A stretch of 63,172 nucleotides of DNA, filler included. It is 8 parts of 8 records of this genome, joined end to end, with 100 filler letters (N's around TTAATTAATTAA, not from the genome) between each part and the next. Parts side by side here need not be neighbours in the genome. Positions count along the whole stretch, not along the records: positions 41,011 to 44,559 come from SRR20825015_497; positions 44,660 to 49,650 come from SRR20825015_499; positions 49,751 to 60,957 come from SRR20825015_518; 5 more parts are not named here. One strand, written 5' to 3'. Numbering within the stretch: position 1 is the stretch's first letter; each line of letters begins with the position of its first letter. Shown here one piece after another: positions 41,678 through 52,119 of the stretch. The notes beneath the pieces were generated by a model, which ran no database searches, was not told the DNA's origin, and saw nothing but the letters and a program-made list of their open reading frames with translations. The translations under genes were made by a program, and so were the position numbers.

Positions 41678-42724
41678 ATGACCGGACTTTTCAAAACCCT
41701 CGCCACTGCCGTCGGGCTTGCAGCCATGCTCGCAGCACCGTCTCTTGCCAACGCAGCCGACCTGCCAAGCAACGTTCGACTGGTCATCGGTTCGAAGTCA
41801 ACCGGTGGCGACACCTATCAGAACAGCGCAATCATCGCCGAAGCACTTTCGAAAAAACTCGATATCAACGTCAAGGTTGATGCCGTTGGTGTAAGCGAAG
41901 CCTTCAAGGCACTTGATCGCGATTCACGTGGCACGACGCTTATGATGTTCCATGACGGTGCCTATATGGGCAACCTTTATGGCGTTCGCGGTTACGACAA
42001 TATTTTTGAAAAATACAATGTCGGTGCCACCGTCTCGATCAATCCGGGCAACGCATACCTTGTCGCGAAAGACTCTCCATTCAAATCAATGGAAGACGTC
42101 TTTGCCGCTGCGGCTGCCGGACAGCGCATTCGCGTCGCCATTCAGGCTGGTGGCGTTTCGGAAATCGGTCTTTCTGCGATGAAAAACGCAGCAAAAATCA
42201 TGTATCCGGGCGCTGAAGAAAACATCGTCGCCGTCAATACCGGTTCGCAGGCAGATAAAAACCAGCTTCTGTTTGATCGTCAGGCCGATGTGATCAACGG
42301 CTCCGTACAGGCAAACGAACAGTTCACCCAGCTTCCGCAGGACGACCAGAAAGCGATGCGTTTCATCTGGGTAACAGCCCGTGAAAAAACCATCAAACAG
42401 GCAAATCCGGAAGGCATGGGCAACACGACCAGCGAAGAATTGCTCGGCTACACCACACCGAATGTAAGCGTCACGATGGACGGCACGAACGACTTCACCT
42501 TTGATAAAGAGTTCTTCTTCCTCTTCAACAAAGACATGGATCCGGCAATCGTCGAAACCATCGACAATGCCCTTGCCGAAATCTATGCCGAAGGCAAAAT
42601 TCAGGAAACCCAGAAGAATTCCTTCTTCATTCCGAACTTCCTGCCATCGAAAGAAGCCTCTGCCTATCTTGAAGGTAAAAGCGAAACCATCCGGAAAATC
42701 ATCTCTTCGATTTCAACGAACTAG
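41678..42724 (+). CDS. Tripartite tricarboxylate transporter substrate-binding protein (divergent TctC-like)
   Basis: Signal peptide (ANA/AD), GG.T motif, GGAGG RBS, and position upstream of tctB/tctA-like genes. Confidence 0.7.
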   Translation: MTGLFKTLATAVGLAAMLAAPSLANAADLPSNVRLVIGSKSTGGDTYQNSAIIAEALSKKLDINVKVDAVGVSEAFKALDRDSRGTTLMMFHDGAYMGNLYGVRGYDNIFEKYNVGATVSINPGNAYLVAKDSPFKSMEDVFAAAAAGQRIRVAIQAGGVSEIGLSAMKNAAKIMYPGAEENIVAVNTGSQADKNQLLFDRQADVINGSVQANEQFTQLPQDDQKAMRFIWVTAREKTIKQANPEGMGNTTSEELLGYTTPNVSVTMDGTNDFTFDKEFFFLFNKDMDPAIVETIDNALAEIYAEGKIQETQKNSFFIPNFLPSKEASAYLEGKSETIRKIISSISTN

Positions 42725-42730
42725 CCATTC

Positions 42731-42763
42731 CCTGTTGGCCCGGCCATCTGCCGGGCCAACAGG
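42731..42763 (+). other. 14-bp intercistronic stem-loop
   Basis: CCTGTTGGCCCGGC-CATCT-GCCGGGCCAACAGG directly after the binding-protein stop, with no U tract. Likely an mRNA stabiliser. Confidence 0.65.
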
Positions 42764-42862
42764 AATATCGACAGATGAAGACTATCCCGACAACCGTGCC
42801 CGCCGCTAAAACCGACACGTTTTCAGCACATTGGGCAGCGCGGGATAAGAAGGAGATACTTC

Positions 42863-43288
42863 ATGTCACTGGAAACGCTTTTATCAGTGTCCATTGATTT
42901 CGATACATCGCACACGGTATTTCCAACCATCGTTGCCATTGTGCTTGGCATTTTACTGGTTGCGATACTGGCAACGCGCAGTCGCGCGATTTTGGCAACG
43001 GTTGGCTCCGTCCCCTGGTGGCCGGCAAAAATTGACCATATGCGTTTTTTCGGAACCCTCGCAGGTACCGTTCTGTATTTCATCGCCATGCCATGGGTGG
43101 GCGACTTTTATCCGAATACCGGCCTCGGGTTTTATATCTGTTCGATCCCCTACCTGTTTGCCATGAGCGTGCTTTACCTGCAGCAGCGCGATAAGCGGCA
43201 TCTGCTGATCGCGGGCCTGAATGCCCTGATAGCACCAAGCGTTGTCTGGTACCTGCTGTCGGAACTTTTCAACATATCGCTTCCTTAA
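42863..43288 (+). CDS. TctB-like small permease
   Basis: Four TM segments, FP motif and C-terminal F.I.LP. Confidence 0.75.
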   Translation: MSLETLLSVSIDFDTSHTVFPTIVAIVLGILLVAILATRSRAILATVGSVPWWPAKIDHMRFFGTLAGTVLYFIAMPWVGDFYPNTGLGFYICSIPYLFAMSVLYLQQRDKRHLLIAGLNALIAPSVVWYLLSELFNISLP

Positions 43289-43314
43289 GCCAAGAACGAC
43301 ACGAGAGATTTGAT

Positions 43315-44559
43315 ATGGATTTTCTTTCCATTTTAACGCCGTTCTTCTTTACCCTGGTTGCATCCGGCACGGTGATCGGCATCATTTTTGGTGCGATCCC
43401 CGGAATGACGGCAACCATGGCGGTCGCGGTGTGTTTACCCCTGACCTATTCCCTTGGTCTGGAAAACGGTCTGGCCCTTTTGCTGGGTCTTTATGTTGGC
43501 GGCATTTCGGGCGGACTTGTTCCGGCTATTCTTTTGAATATCCCGGGAACGCCATCCTCAATCGCCACCACATTTGACGGCTACCCCATGACCCAAAAGG
43601 GCGACGGTGAAAGCGCCCTTCGGATCGCAGTCATTTCATCTTTTGTCGGCGGCATCATCAGTCTGGCGGCACTCTTCTTCTTTGCCCCCGCACTTGCCGA
43701 CTTTGCGATCAAATTTTCATATGTTGAAAAATTCCTGATCATCTTCTTTGCGCTGACCGTTATGGCAGCACTTAGCAGCAACATGCTCGTTGGCGTTTTC
43801 AGTGGCGTGCTTGGTATCTTCCTTAGCCTGATCGGTGCCTACGATATTTCGCGCGGCGGCAACGGCGAATTGCGTCTGGTACCTGAATTTCTGGAATATT
43901 ACCTTGAAGGTGGCTTCTCGCTGCTGCCGGTACTGATCGGGATCTTTGGCCTGTCGACCATCCTGATCGAAGCCGAAAGTGGCATGAAGGACGAAAAAGG
44001 TCTTTCATCGGTCAAGATTGGCAAAGGCAAACGTTTCGATTTTTCCGTCTTCAAAGGTCAGTTCGTCAACCTGATACGATCTTCAGGGATTGGTACTTTT
44101 GTGGGCATTTTGCCCGGTGTCGGCGGCAGTGCCGCATCGATCCTGGCCTATAGCCAGCAAAAAAACTTTTCAAAAAATCCGGAACGCTTTGGCAAAGGCG
44201 AACCTTCCGGCGTCATGGCATCGGAAAGTGCGAATAACGGCCTGACCGGCGGCGCGCTGGTACCGTTGCTTTCGCTTGGCATTCCCGGTGATTCCACAAC
44301 CGCCATCCTGATCGGTGCCTTCACCTTGCAGGGCATTCAGGTCGGCCCCCTGTTTATCGGCAACAATCCGGTAACCTGGGATGCGATGATTGTTGCCATG
44401 CTTGCAGCAAACATCGTGATGCTGATTGTCATGATCTTTGCCATCCGGCATATCGCCAAGGTGGTGATGATCCCGAAAAACATCCTGTTTCCGATCATCT
44501 TGATGATGTGCGTTGTTGGCGCATACACCATCAATTACGGCGTGATGTTTGATGTCTGG
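43315..44559 (+). CDS. TctA-like large permease (truncated)
   Basis: Motifs GAIPGM, ILLNIPGTP, DGYPM, ESANN and LGIPG. Confidence 0.9.
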
Positions 44560-44903
44560 NNNNNNNNNNNNNNNNNNNNNNNNNNNNNNNNNNNNNNNNN
44601 NNNTTAATTAATTAANNNNNNNNNNNNNNNNNNNNNNNNNNNNNNNNNNNNNNNNNNNNCTGGCAGAAGTACCAAATCTGGATACGGCGTTCAAAAATTT
44701 TCAGGCACGCCATTCTGCGGCTGTGACCGACCCGCTGTTACCGGACCGCATTTTGCGGACGGCATAGAGGCCCCCCGCACCTTCCTTTTCCTTACCCCTT
44801 TGCGCTAACTGGATCGCGCATTTGGTGTTGCAGCCGCCCCATTCCGGATTCCCCCAATATGTTTTCCGGTGTCGGGGCGGTTGCTTTCTTTATCCCCGGA
44901 AAA

Positions 44904-45512
44904 TCAGGGCTTCCACGTGATCGGAATATAGCCCGGCAAGGCCGCAACACGATCAAGCCAGGCACGGATGCCCGGATATACCGAAAGGTCGATATCGCCT
45001 TCTTCAGCGACGTGGGTATAGGCATACAGGGATATATCTGCGATCGACAGTGCGTCCCCGACCAGCCAGTTGTGCCCCGCCAACCGCTTTTCCATCAGAT
45101 CCAGCGCCTTTTTCGCACCAGCCCGCTTCATCGGCACCAGAATATCGGCATGTTCAGGCATGCCCTTGATCCCGACCCATGACCGCAAAACAGCAATCGT
45201 TGGTTCATGATCATATTGTTCAAAGAACAGCCATTGCATGACTTCCGTGCGTTCCCACGCATCGGCCGGCAAATAAGGCGTTCCATCGGCAAGATGGATC
45301 AGGATCGCGTTGCTTTCGACAAGAACCCGACCATCATCGAATTCCAGCGCAGGAATTTTGCCATTGGGGTTGATCCGCGACATGAAGTCATGTGTGCGGG
45401 TTTCACCCTTGGTGATGTCATGTTCGACCAGATCAAATGATTTGCCAAGCAGGGTCAGCAGCAAACGAATCTTGTAGCCGTTTCCCGACGGTAAAAAATC
45501 GTGAAGTATCAT
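44904..45512 (-). CDS. Glutathione S-transferase
   Basis: Motifs SGNGYK, NPNGKIP, ESNAIL and SIADISLYAY. Confidence 0.9.
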   Translation of the reverse strand: MILHDFLPSGNGYKIRLLLTLLGKSFDLVEHDITKGETRTHDFMSRINPNGKIPALEFDDGRVLVESNAILIHLADGTPYLPADAWERTEVMQWLFFEQYDHEPTIAVLRSWVGIKGMPEHADILVPMKRAGAKKALDLMEKRLAGHNWLVGDALSIADISLYAYTHVAEEGDIDLSVYPGIRAWLDRVAALPGYIPITWKP

Positions 45513-45653
45513 TCCGGTATTCCTTTGGCACATACGGTTTCGTACTGGCCGGCCGAGGGAGATAATTGGTTCTGGCCCAGGATCAAACAATCGAATAGTT
45601 TTGACCTGACCGTTCAATTTTATTGATCTTTTTTACTGATCAAAGGAAGTCAC

Positions 45654-46535
45654 ATGGATTCCGATCTGCTCCGAAGCTTTGTCGCCTTTGCCGAATGTGG
45701 CAGTTTCAACCGTGCTGCGGATCGGATCGGCCGCACTCCATCGGCATTTTCCATGCAGATGAAACGGCTGGAAGATCTTGTCGGAAACAAGCTGTTTGAA
45801 CGGGAGGGCCGCAATGTTTTGCTGACAGCGGACGGCATCACCTTTGTCGGTTATGCAAGGCGAATGCTGTCGTTGCAGCACGAAGCTATGGGAAAGATGC
45901 GCGGTCATGATAGCAGCCGTCCGATCCGGATCGGATGCCCGGATGATTACACTCAGAAAATCCTGCCGGTGGTGCTGCGTGCAATACGCAAGGTCCATCC
46001 CGATGCCAAATTCTTCATTTCCGTCAACCCGACGATATTGCTGCGCCGGATGCTCGACCAAGGAGAACTTGATATATCCGTCATCAGCCGGTCGGAACAG
46101 GGCGAAGAAGGATATTTCTTGCGTCATGAGCCCGGTGTCTGGGTTTCATCCCCCATTCACCGACAACATCTGGCAAACCCATTATCACTTGTTCTGCCTG
46201 CAGAGGATTGCAAATTCCATGCATGGGCAATTGATGCGATTTCCAAGGCAGACCGGCCATATACCTTGCTTGCGACCACACGACAGGCCGCATCGCTTTT
46301 GCATCTGGTGCGTGACGGTTTGGGTGTCGCCGCCCTTGCAGCGGCAAGCGTCACCGATGAGTTTCAGATTCTTGAAAGTCGCGACGGTTTCCCACCATTA
46401 CCCGCAGTCGGCGTAGCCCTGATGCTGTCAGATACGTCTCATCCACTTGTTGATCGCCAACTTGCCGCAGCGATACAGAATTTTGTCAGCGAGTATGTAG
46501 TTGATGACGACTTGACCAAACGCGCGGCAAGCTGA
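45654..46535 (+). CDS. LysR-family regulator
   Basis: HTH GSFNRAA...S.QMKRLE..G..LF.R, divergent from the GST gene. Confidence 0.92.
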   Translation: MDSDLLRSFVAFAECGSFNRAADRIGRTPSAFSMQMKRLEDLVGNKLFEREGRNVLLTADGITFVGYARRMLSLQHEAMGKMRGHDSSRPIRIGCPDDYTQKILPVVLRAIRKVHPDAKFFISVNPTILLRRMLDQGELDISVISRSEQGEEGYFLRHEPGVWVSSPIHRQHLANPLSLVLPAEDCKFHAWAIDAISKADRPYTLLATTRQAASLLHLVRDGLGVAALAAASVTDEFQILESRDGFPPLPAVGVALMLSDTSHPLVDRQLAAAIQNFVSEYVVDDDLTKRAAS

Positions 46536-46578
46536 TTTTATTCCGCCCGGGAGACACGTCCGCCGGAGATTCAACAAA

Positions 46579-47166
46579 ATGAATAGTCTGACATTAAAGA
46601 TTGAGGCCCTTCTGGCACAGGAGAAATGGCACGAAGAACGCAAGGCCCTGCGAACGATCATTCTTGAATCGGGCCTGACCGAAGACGTGAAGTGGGGTAA
46701 TCTTTGCTACACGTCGGAGGGCAAAAATATCCTTATGATTTACGGGATGAAAGATGATTGCGCGCTTGGATTTTTCAAGGGCGCGTTGATGGAGGACCCT
46801 GAGGGTGTTCTTGCGAAACCGGGTGAAAATTCGCAAGCAATGCGCCGCATTCATTTTACGTCGGCTGAAGAAATCAGAGCAAAAGAAAATGCTCTGAAGG
46901 CCTATATCAAAGCGGCCATCGAAGTCGAAAAATCCGGCCTGAAGATTGATTTCAGCGAAAAGGAAAATCTTGAGCTTCCGGCTGAACTTTTGGATGAATT
47001 TGCAAAAAATCCTGATCTTGAAAAAGCGTTCAAGGCCCTGACGCCGGGTCGGCAGCGGGGATACAATCTTTATTTTTCTGGCGCCAAACAATCGGCCACA
47101 CGCAGATCCCGAATTGAAAAATCTGTTGCCGGAATTCTTGCGGGCAAAGGTCTTCAGGGTCGATAG
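46579..47166 (+). CDS. YdeI/OmpD-associated (DUF1801) protein
   Basis: Motifs KWG..CY, FFKGAL, LTPGRQRGY and AKQSATR. Confidence 0.85.
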   Translation: MNSLTLKIEALLAQEKWHEERKALRTIILESGLTEDVKWGNLCYTSEGKNILMIYGMKDDCALGFFKGALMEDPEGVLAKPGENSQAMRRIHFTSAEEIRAKENALKAYIKAAIEVEKSGLKIDFSEKENLELPAELLDEFAKNPDLEKAFKALTPGRQRGYNLYFSGAKQSATRRSRIEKSVAGILAGKGLQGR

Positions 47167-47236
47167 AACCACCAGATGATTGCTTGACCCGATAACCGGC
47201 AAGCTGGTTTTATGCGCCCCCGCAAACACCATAATC

Positions 47237-47617
47237 ATGACGGATACCATGTCCCCAAAGGCCCGCCTGAATATCTGCACGACCTGCACCGCATCCTCGA
47301 CCGAAGGGGCAACGGAGCCACGTCACGGTCGGATACTGTTTGATAAAATGGTCGAAAACGGGGCGACGCTGGACATACCGTTTGAAATCAGGGCAGTTGA
47401 ATGCCTGACCAATTGCAAGTCGGGCTGTTCGGTTGCGCTGAATGGCAAGGGAAAATGGGGTTATGTTTACGGAAATATTGATCCGGAAAACATGATCGCT
47501 GATCTGCAGGAACTTGCCACAAAATACGCGGAAACCGATGACGGCATTGTGCCGTGGCGTGAACGCCCTGAAAGTCTGCGTCGCAATGTGATTGCCCGAA
47601 TCCCGCCACTAGACTGA
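47237..47617 (+). CDS. DUF1636 metal-binding protein
   Basis: Motifs CTTC, VECL..C...C, KW.Y and PWRERP...IARIPP. Confidence 0.85.
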   Translation: MTDTMSPKARLNICTTCTASSTEGATEPRHGRILFDKMVENGATLDIPFEIRAVECLTNCKSGCSVALNGKGKWGYVYGNIDPENMIADLQELATKYAETDDGIVPWRERPESLRRNVIARIPPLD

Positions 47618-47637
47618 CGGCAATTGAGGCCAAAAGC

Positions 47638-48432
47638 TTAACCTGTTGGCAAATTTCCGTGCATATCGCGCCATTCCTGCGCGATATTTCCTTCCCTTTT
47701 CACTATCCGGATTAAATCATTGAACTCAGCCAGCGATATCGCCGACTGTTTTGAAATAACCGCAACCAGCTCGTAGCTGAAATCAGGGCTTGGTCCAATA
47801 AATACTCTCTGACTCAGTTCCGGATTTTTTGCATAGGCTCTTGCCAGAAATCCTGCTGAAACAATGCCAACGTCACCTTCTCCGTCCAACAAATGGTCGA
47901 ACAATTGTTGTTCGTCATAGTGGAACAAAACACCGAAATGATCTTGCAAATACTCAGGATTGGCGTTGAAAGAGGCAAATTTATAGTGGAACCCCAGTAC
48001 GCAAAGAAGCTCATGTCGGGTTATATCGTCGAACCAACCTGGCCCCGGAACGTCCTCCTTGCGGGCAATGAATAAATCATATTCGACAACAATGGGATCA
48101 GAAAACAGAACATCCTGATCTCTCCAATCCCAGTCGGGACTTTCCATCAAAATGAGATCGAAGCCCCCCATCGCAAGATCGTTGTAGCGACGACGTGACG
48201 ATGTTTCGACCAACTCGAAAAAGTATTTCGATTGGATGGCATTGAGGTCTGCAATCAATTCCGGGGTGAAACCTGAAGGTTTATCATTTTCAAAAAAATA
48301 GACGACGCCATATTCATAGGCACCAACCTTAACAGGTATCGCGTTCTTGGTGTCAGCATTGGCCACTGTGGCAACCACCCAACAAACCAGTACGCTCGAC
48401 ATATGACAAAACCAACGAGATATCCCCTGCAT
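47638..48432 (-). CDS. Extracellular solute-binding protein (family 3-like)
   Basis: Signal peptide (ANA/D), V.VGAY, RRY..L..G.FD...ESP.W.W and GFHY.F. GGGAGA RBS. Confidence 0.7.
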   Translation of the reverse strand: MQGISRWFCHMSSVLVCWVVATVANADTKNAIPVKVGAYEYGVVYFFENDKPSGFTPELIADLNAIQSKYFFELVETSSRRRYNDLAMGGFDLILMESPDWDWRDQDVLFSDPIVVEYDLFIARKEDVPGPGWFDDITRHELLCVLGFHYKFASFNANPEYLQDHFGVLFHYDEQQLFDHLLDGEGDVGIVSAGFLARAYAKNPELSQRVFIGPSPDFSYELVAVISKQSAISLAEFNDLIRIVKREGNIAQEWRDMHGNLPTG

Positions 48433-48517
48433 CAGAAGACTCTCCCTTTTCGCACACTTTAGATCGCCAATGCGCGTCGGCCCCGGATTTTGCATCAGGA
48501 TATGACGCTGATCCCTT

Positions 48518-49444
48518 CTATATGCGGCCTTCGCGCCAATTTTCCAGAAGGTAGCGTGCAATTGAAATCGGACGGGGAAGGTTGATGCCCTTTTCGGGGA
48601 GCCCGGCAACATCGTCGCGATGCACCCACATCGCAAATTCAATTTCCTTTTCATCAATGACGATGTCGGTCGTTTCTGCCTCGGCGACGAAACCCAGCAT
48701 CAATGAACCGGGGAAAGGCCATGGCTGGGAGGCAATATAGCGTGCGCGTTTTACCCGAATGCCGACCTCTTCGAATACTTCGCGCGCAACCGCCTGTTCG
48801 AGGGTTTCGCCCGGCTCGACAAACCCGGCAAGCACGGAAACGGTCCCTGGAAGAAACTGTGGTGAGCGCGCCAGCAACACATGATCATTGTGATGGATCA
48901 GCATGATGACCGCAGGATCAGTCCGCGGGAAATGCGGTGTGCCACATACCGGATTACTGCATTGCAGACGGTAACCGGCTTCCATCACATGGTTGGGGTG
49001 ACCACAAACACCACAAAAACGGTGCTTGTGGTGCCAGTTGAAAATGGCACGGGCCTGGGCCGCCAGGGCGGCCTCGTCTTCGGAAAGGGCTGCCATGCGG
49101 CTTCGCATATCGCCAAAACCGCCCCCCAGCCGACGGATGGCATCATCACGGTCGGAAATAACCGGTTCGATATCAATCGCAATGACCGCCTCGCCGCCCT
49201 GTCGACCGATATAGATCCAGTTTGCCCGTTCGATTTCGAGATCAAGATGCGGCAATGCCGGGCCGCCCACAACGACCAGTTCATGTTCGTTCATGTCTTC
49301 GGGCCAGGCAAAAAGCGGATCACCACCATGACAGATCAGGATTTTGACGTTTTTCTCGGCCAGCAACAACTCGCGCCAGTTTTCCCGGGTGCGCAACTGG
49401 GCATCGCGATCCAGATCTGTTGCTTCGTAAAACAGCCTGTCCAT
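48518..49444 (-). CDS. nudC: NADH pyrophosphatase
   Basis: Zn ribbon FCGVCG...C...C, Nudix box GFVEPGETLEQAVAREVFEEVG and SQPWPFP.S. Confidence 0.93.
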   Translation of the reverse strand: MDRLFYEATDLDRDAQLRTRENWRELLLAEKNVKILICHGGDPLFAWPEDMNEHELVVVGGPALPHLDLEIERANWIYIGRQGGEAVIAIDIEPVISDRDDAIRRLGGGFGDMRSRMAALSEDEAALAAQARAIFNWHHKHRFCGVCGHPNHVMEAGYRLQCSNPVCGTPHFPRTDPAVIMLIHHNDHVLLARSPQFLPGTVSVLAGFVEPGETLEQAVAREVFEEVGIRVKRARYIASQPWPFPGSLMLGFVAEAETTDIVIDEKEIEFAMWVHRDDVAGLPEKGINLPRPISIARYLLENWREGRI

Positions 49445-49750
49445 TTCGGGGCAATTCCTTGGTTGGATCCACCAGAGACGGGATCGAGTCCCGTAATTCA
49501 ATATGGTGGGTCAGCATATTCAGGTGACGGGCACCGACATTAGCGCGACCAAACCCGCCGTCAAAGCCACGATCATGCGATTTATCAAAAAATCAAAGCC
49601 GGGCCTTGCGTTTTATGGTTCCTTGCGCGATATAGGGGGCGAGAGGCTGGNNNNNNNNNNNNNNNNNNNNNNNNNNNNNNNNNNNNNNNNNNNNTTAATT
49701 AATTAANNNNNNNNNNNNNNNNNNNNNNNNNNNNNNNNNNNNNNNNNNNN

Positions 49751-50397
49751 CGTTGCGGGCCGTTGCCCTGAGCGTCGACCAGCAGGGCGGCGGCGCGACC
49801 ACCGACAACGCCTATGCCTTTTATCGCGGCCGTAAGCGTGCAGGCCAGGCGGGGCATAAGGGGCGTTGGTTCATCACGCGCGGTCGGTTCGGTGCAAACC
49901 TTGCGGATCGAGTGTGGTTGAAAGCACCCGAGAGCGCCAGCGGCAAACGTCGCGTGGCCAAGGATGTACTGACGCTGAACATGGCCGTCGACCGGATCAA
50001 GGACGCCGTGGCCACTTCGCTGCGGCTGACCGAGGAAGGGCAAAACTACTGCGGAATCCCTGAATGGATGGGCGAGGGGTCGTTGCTTGAACTGACCTCG
50101 GAGCGCCGCACGGCCAAGGGTTGGGAAAAACGTCCCGGCATGGTACGCAACGAAAGCTTTGACCATCTGGTGATGGCACGGGCGAAACACATCTGGCTGA
50201 AAGCGGAGCGGATCAACTGGGCCGCGCCGCCGTCCTGGGCTGTTCTGGATGAAGCAAACCCGATGGCGCGGTATGTCGGCCCGCCCAAAGACGTCGCGCC
50301 GGAAACAGTACACACACCGACACCGATGCGATCCACCAGCCCCCGCGCAGATGCGCAGGGTGCGGGGTGGATCGTGCCAAGGGAGGATTGGTTTTGA
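49751..50397 (+). CDS. Terminase large subunit (gpA-type), C-terminal nuclease part
   Basis: D.QGGG, ELTSE and RNESFD motifs, upstream of gpW/portal. Confidence 0.8.
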
Positions 50398-50597
50398 CAG
50401 TCTACACGCATGAACAACTCGCCGCGCTGAAGTCCGCTGCCGCCAAGGGCATCACCAAGCTGCGCAACTCGGTGGGCGAGGAAATTACCTATCGTTCGCT
50501 GGAAGAAATGCACCGCCAGATCGCAGTGATGGAACGGGCGCTGGCGCCGCAGGCGACTGTTCGCCAGCACTATCCGACCTTCAATAAAGGCACCTGA
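50394..50597 (+). CDS. gpW-like head-tail adaptor
   Basis: 67 aa, L.AL..A.A.G...ITYRSL.EM. TTG start overlaps the terminase stop, with a GGAGG RBS. Confidence 0.75.
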   Translation: MTVYTHEQLAALKSAAAKGITKLRNSVGEEITYRSLEEMHRQIAVMERALAPQATVRQHYPTFNKGT

Positions 50598-50601
50598 TCT
50601 C

Positions 50602-52119
50602 ATGAACCTGATTGATCGTGCTGTCGCGCTCGTGTCTCCCGAGCGCGCCCTGAAGCGTGTGCGCGCGCGTCATGCCATCATGCATTACGATGCGGCAACG
50701 GTGGGTCGGCGCGCTTCTTCCTGGAAGGCGTCCAGCTCTGACGCTGATGCGGCAGCCGGGCGCCGGGACAGGATGGCCTTCATTGCTCGTGATATGGTGC
50801 GAAACACGCCGTTCGCGCTGCGCGCACAGCAGGTCATCGTGAACAATGCGGTTGGCGACGGGATCATTCCGAAAGGTATCATTCCCAAGGGTGAGAACGA
50901 TCCAGACGATCTTCGTCAGATCCTATTGAACCTGATCGAGCAGACCGTCGACAAGACGATCATCTCGGCGGATGGTCGGCAAAATCTCTACGGCCTGCAA
51001 CGGCTGGCGATGAACACCATCACCGACGCGGGTGAAGTTCTGATCCTACGCGAATATGTGGACGATCCGCGCCCAGGCCATTTCAAGCTGAGGCTGCGCG
51101 TTCTAGAGCCGGATTATCTAGACAACCTTCATGACGGTGTGCTGGCGGACGGTGGCAGTATCCATGACGGCATCGAGTATGACGCGGCTGGCCAGCGTGT
51201 GGCTTACCATCTGTTTGATCAGCACCCTGGAACGGACTGGTTCAAGGGGGTGGGGTGGCGTAGCCGGTCGAAACGTGTGCCCGCCAAGCGAGTTCTGCAC
51301 ATCTATCGACAGGATCGTGCAGGCCAGAACCGTGGTGTCAGCTGGTTTGCTCCGATCGCGTTGGCGCTGCAGGATCTCGGTGACTATCAGGACGCACAGA
51401 TCATGCGCCAGAAAATCGCAGCCTGCTTCGCAGCGTTTCACAAGCGCAGCGATCAGCTGGCGGATGGTGATGGCAAGGAGGCCACATCGCTTGGCGGCTC
51501 TCTCAGCCCTGGGCTGATCCAGAGTATCGCCAGCGATGAGGAAATCACGTTTTCCAACCCGCCGGATGTTGCGGGCTACGACACGTTCACCCGCACGGTG
51601 CTGCTGTCGATCGCCGCGGGCATGGGCATCACATACGAGGCGCTGGTTGGGGATCTGAGCAACGTCAACTTTTCCTCGGCACGCATGGGCCGGATGGAAA
51701 TGGATCGCAACGTATCCATTTGGCAGTGGCTGATGTTGATCCCGCAAATGATGCACCCAATCGGCGACTGGCTGATCGAGGAGTGGGCGTTGATGGATCC
51801 GCAGAACGCCCGCCGCATCAAGGCCAGCTGCCTTAACTGGGTGCCCCCTTACCGCATCTTGGTTGATCCGGCGCGCGAGATTGGCGCGCTACGCGAGGCG
51901 GTCCGCGCGGGCTTTGCCAGCCGCCAGGGTGTCGTGCGCCAGTTGGGCAGCGATCCAGAACGTTTGATTGAGGAACAAGAAGAGGACGCCAGCGACGCAA
52001 GGGCGCGTGGTCTGGTGTTCGACAGTGATGCATCCGCTGTATCGCAGTCGGGTGTTTCTCAAACCCCAGACCCTGCGGATGAAACCACACCCAAAAAGGA
52101 CAATCATGATGGAAAATGA
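50602..52119 (+). CDS. Portal protein, lambda family
   Basis: Motifs ARDMVRN, DGIEYD..G.RVAY, R.GQ.RGV and GDLSNVNFSSAR. Confidence 0.92.
   Translation: MNLIDRAVALVSPERALKRVRARHAIMHYDAATVGRRASSWKASSSDADAAAGRRDRMAFIARDMVRNTPFALRAQQVIVNNAVGDGIIPKGIIPKGENDPDDLRQILLNLIEQTVDKTIISADGRQNLYGLQRLAMNTITDAGEVLILREYVDDPRPGHFKLRLRVLEPDYLDNLHDGVLADGGSIHDGIEYDAAGQRVAYHLFDQHPGTDWFKGVGWRSRSKRVPAKRVLHIYRQDRAGQNRGVSWFAPIALALQDLGDYQDAQIMRQKIAACFAAFHKRSDQLADGDGKEATSLGGSLSPGLIQSIASDEEITFSNPPDVAGYDTFTRTVLLSIAAGMGITYEALVGDLSNVNFSSARMGRMEMDRNVSIWQWLMLIPQMMHPIGDWLIEEWALMDPQNARRIKASCLNWVPPYRILVDPAREIGALREAVRAGFASRQGVVRQLGSDPERLIEEQEEDASDARARGLVFDSDASAVSQSGVSQTPDPADETTPKKDNHDGK

Noticed and set aside
44660-44767. Possible 3' end of a plus-strand gene (LAEVPNLDTAF...RTA*)
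   Set aside because: It is only 35 codons at a contig edge, too little to support a call.
47167-47236. Cobalamin riboswitch upstream of DUF1636
   Set aside because: The spacer is only about 70 nt and has no recognisable B12-box.
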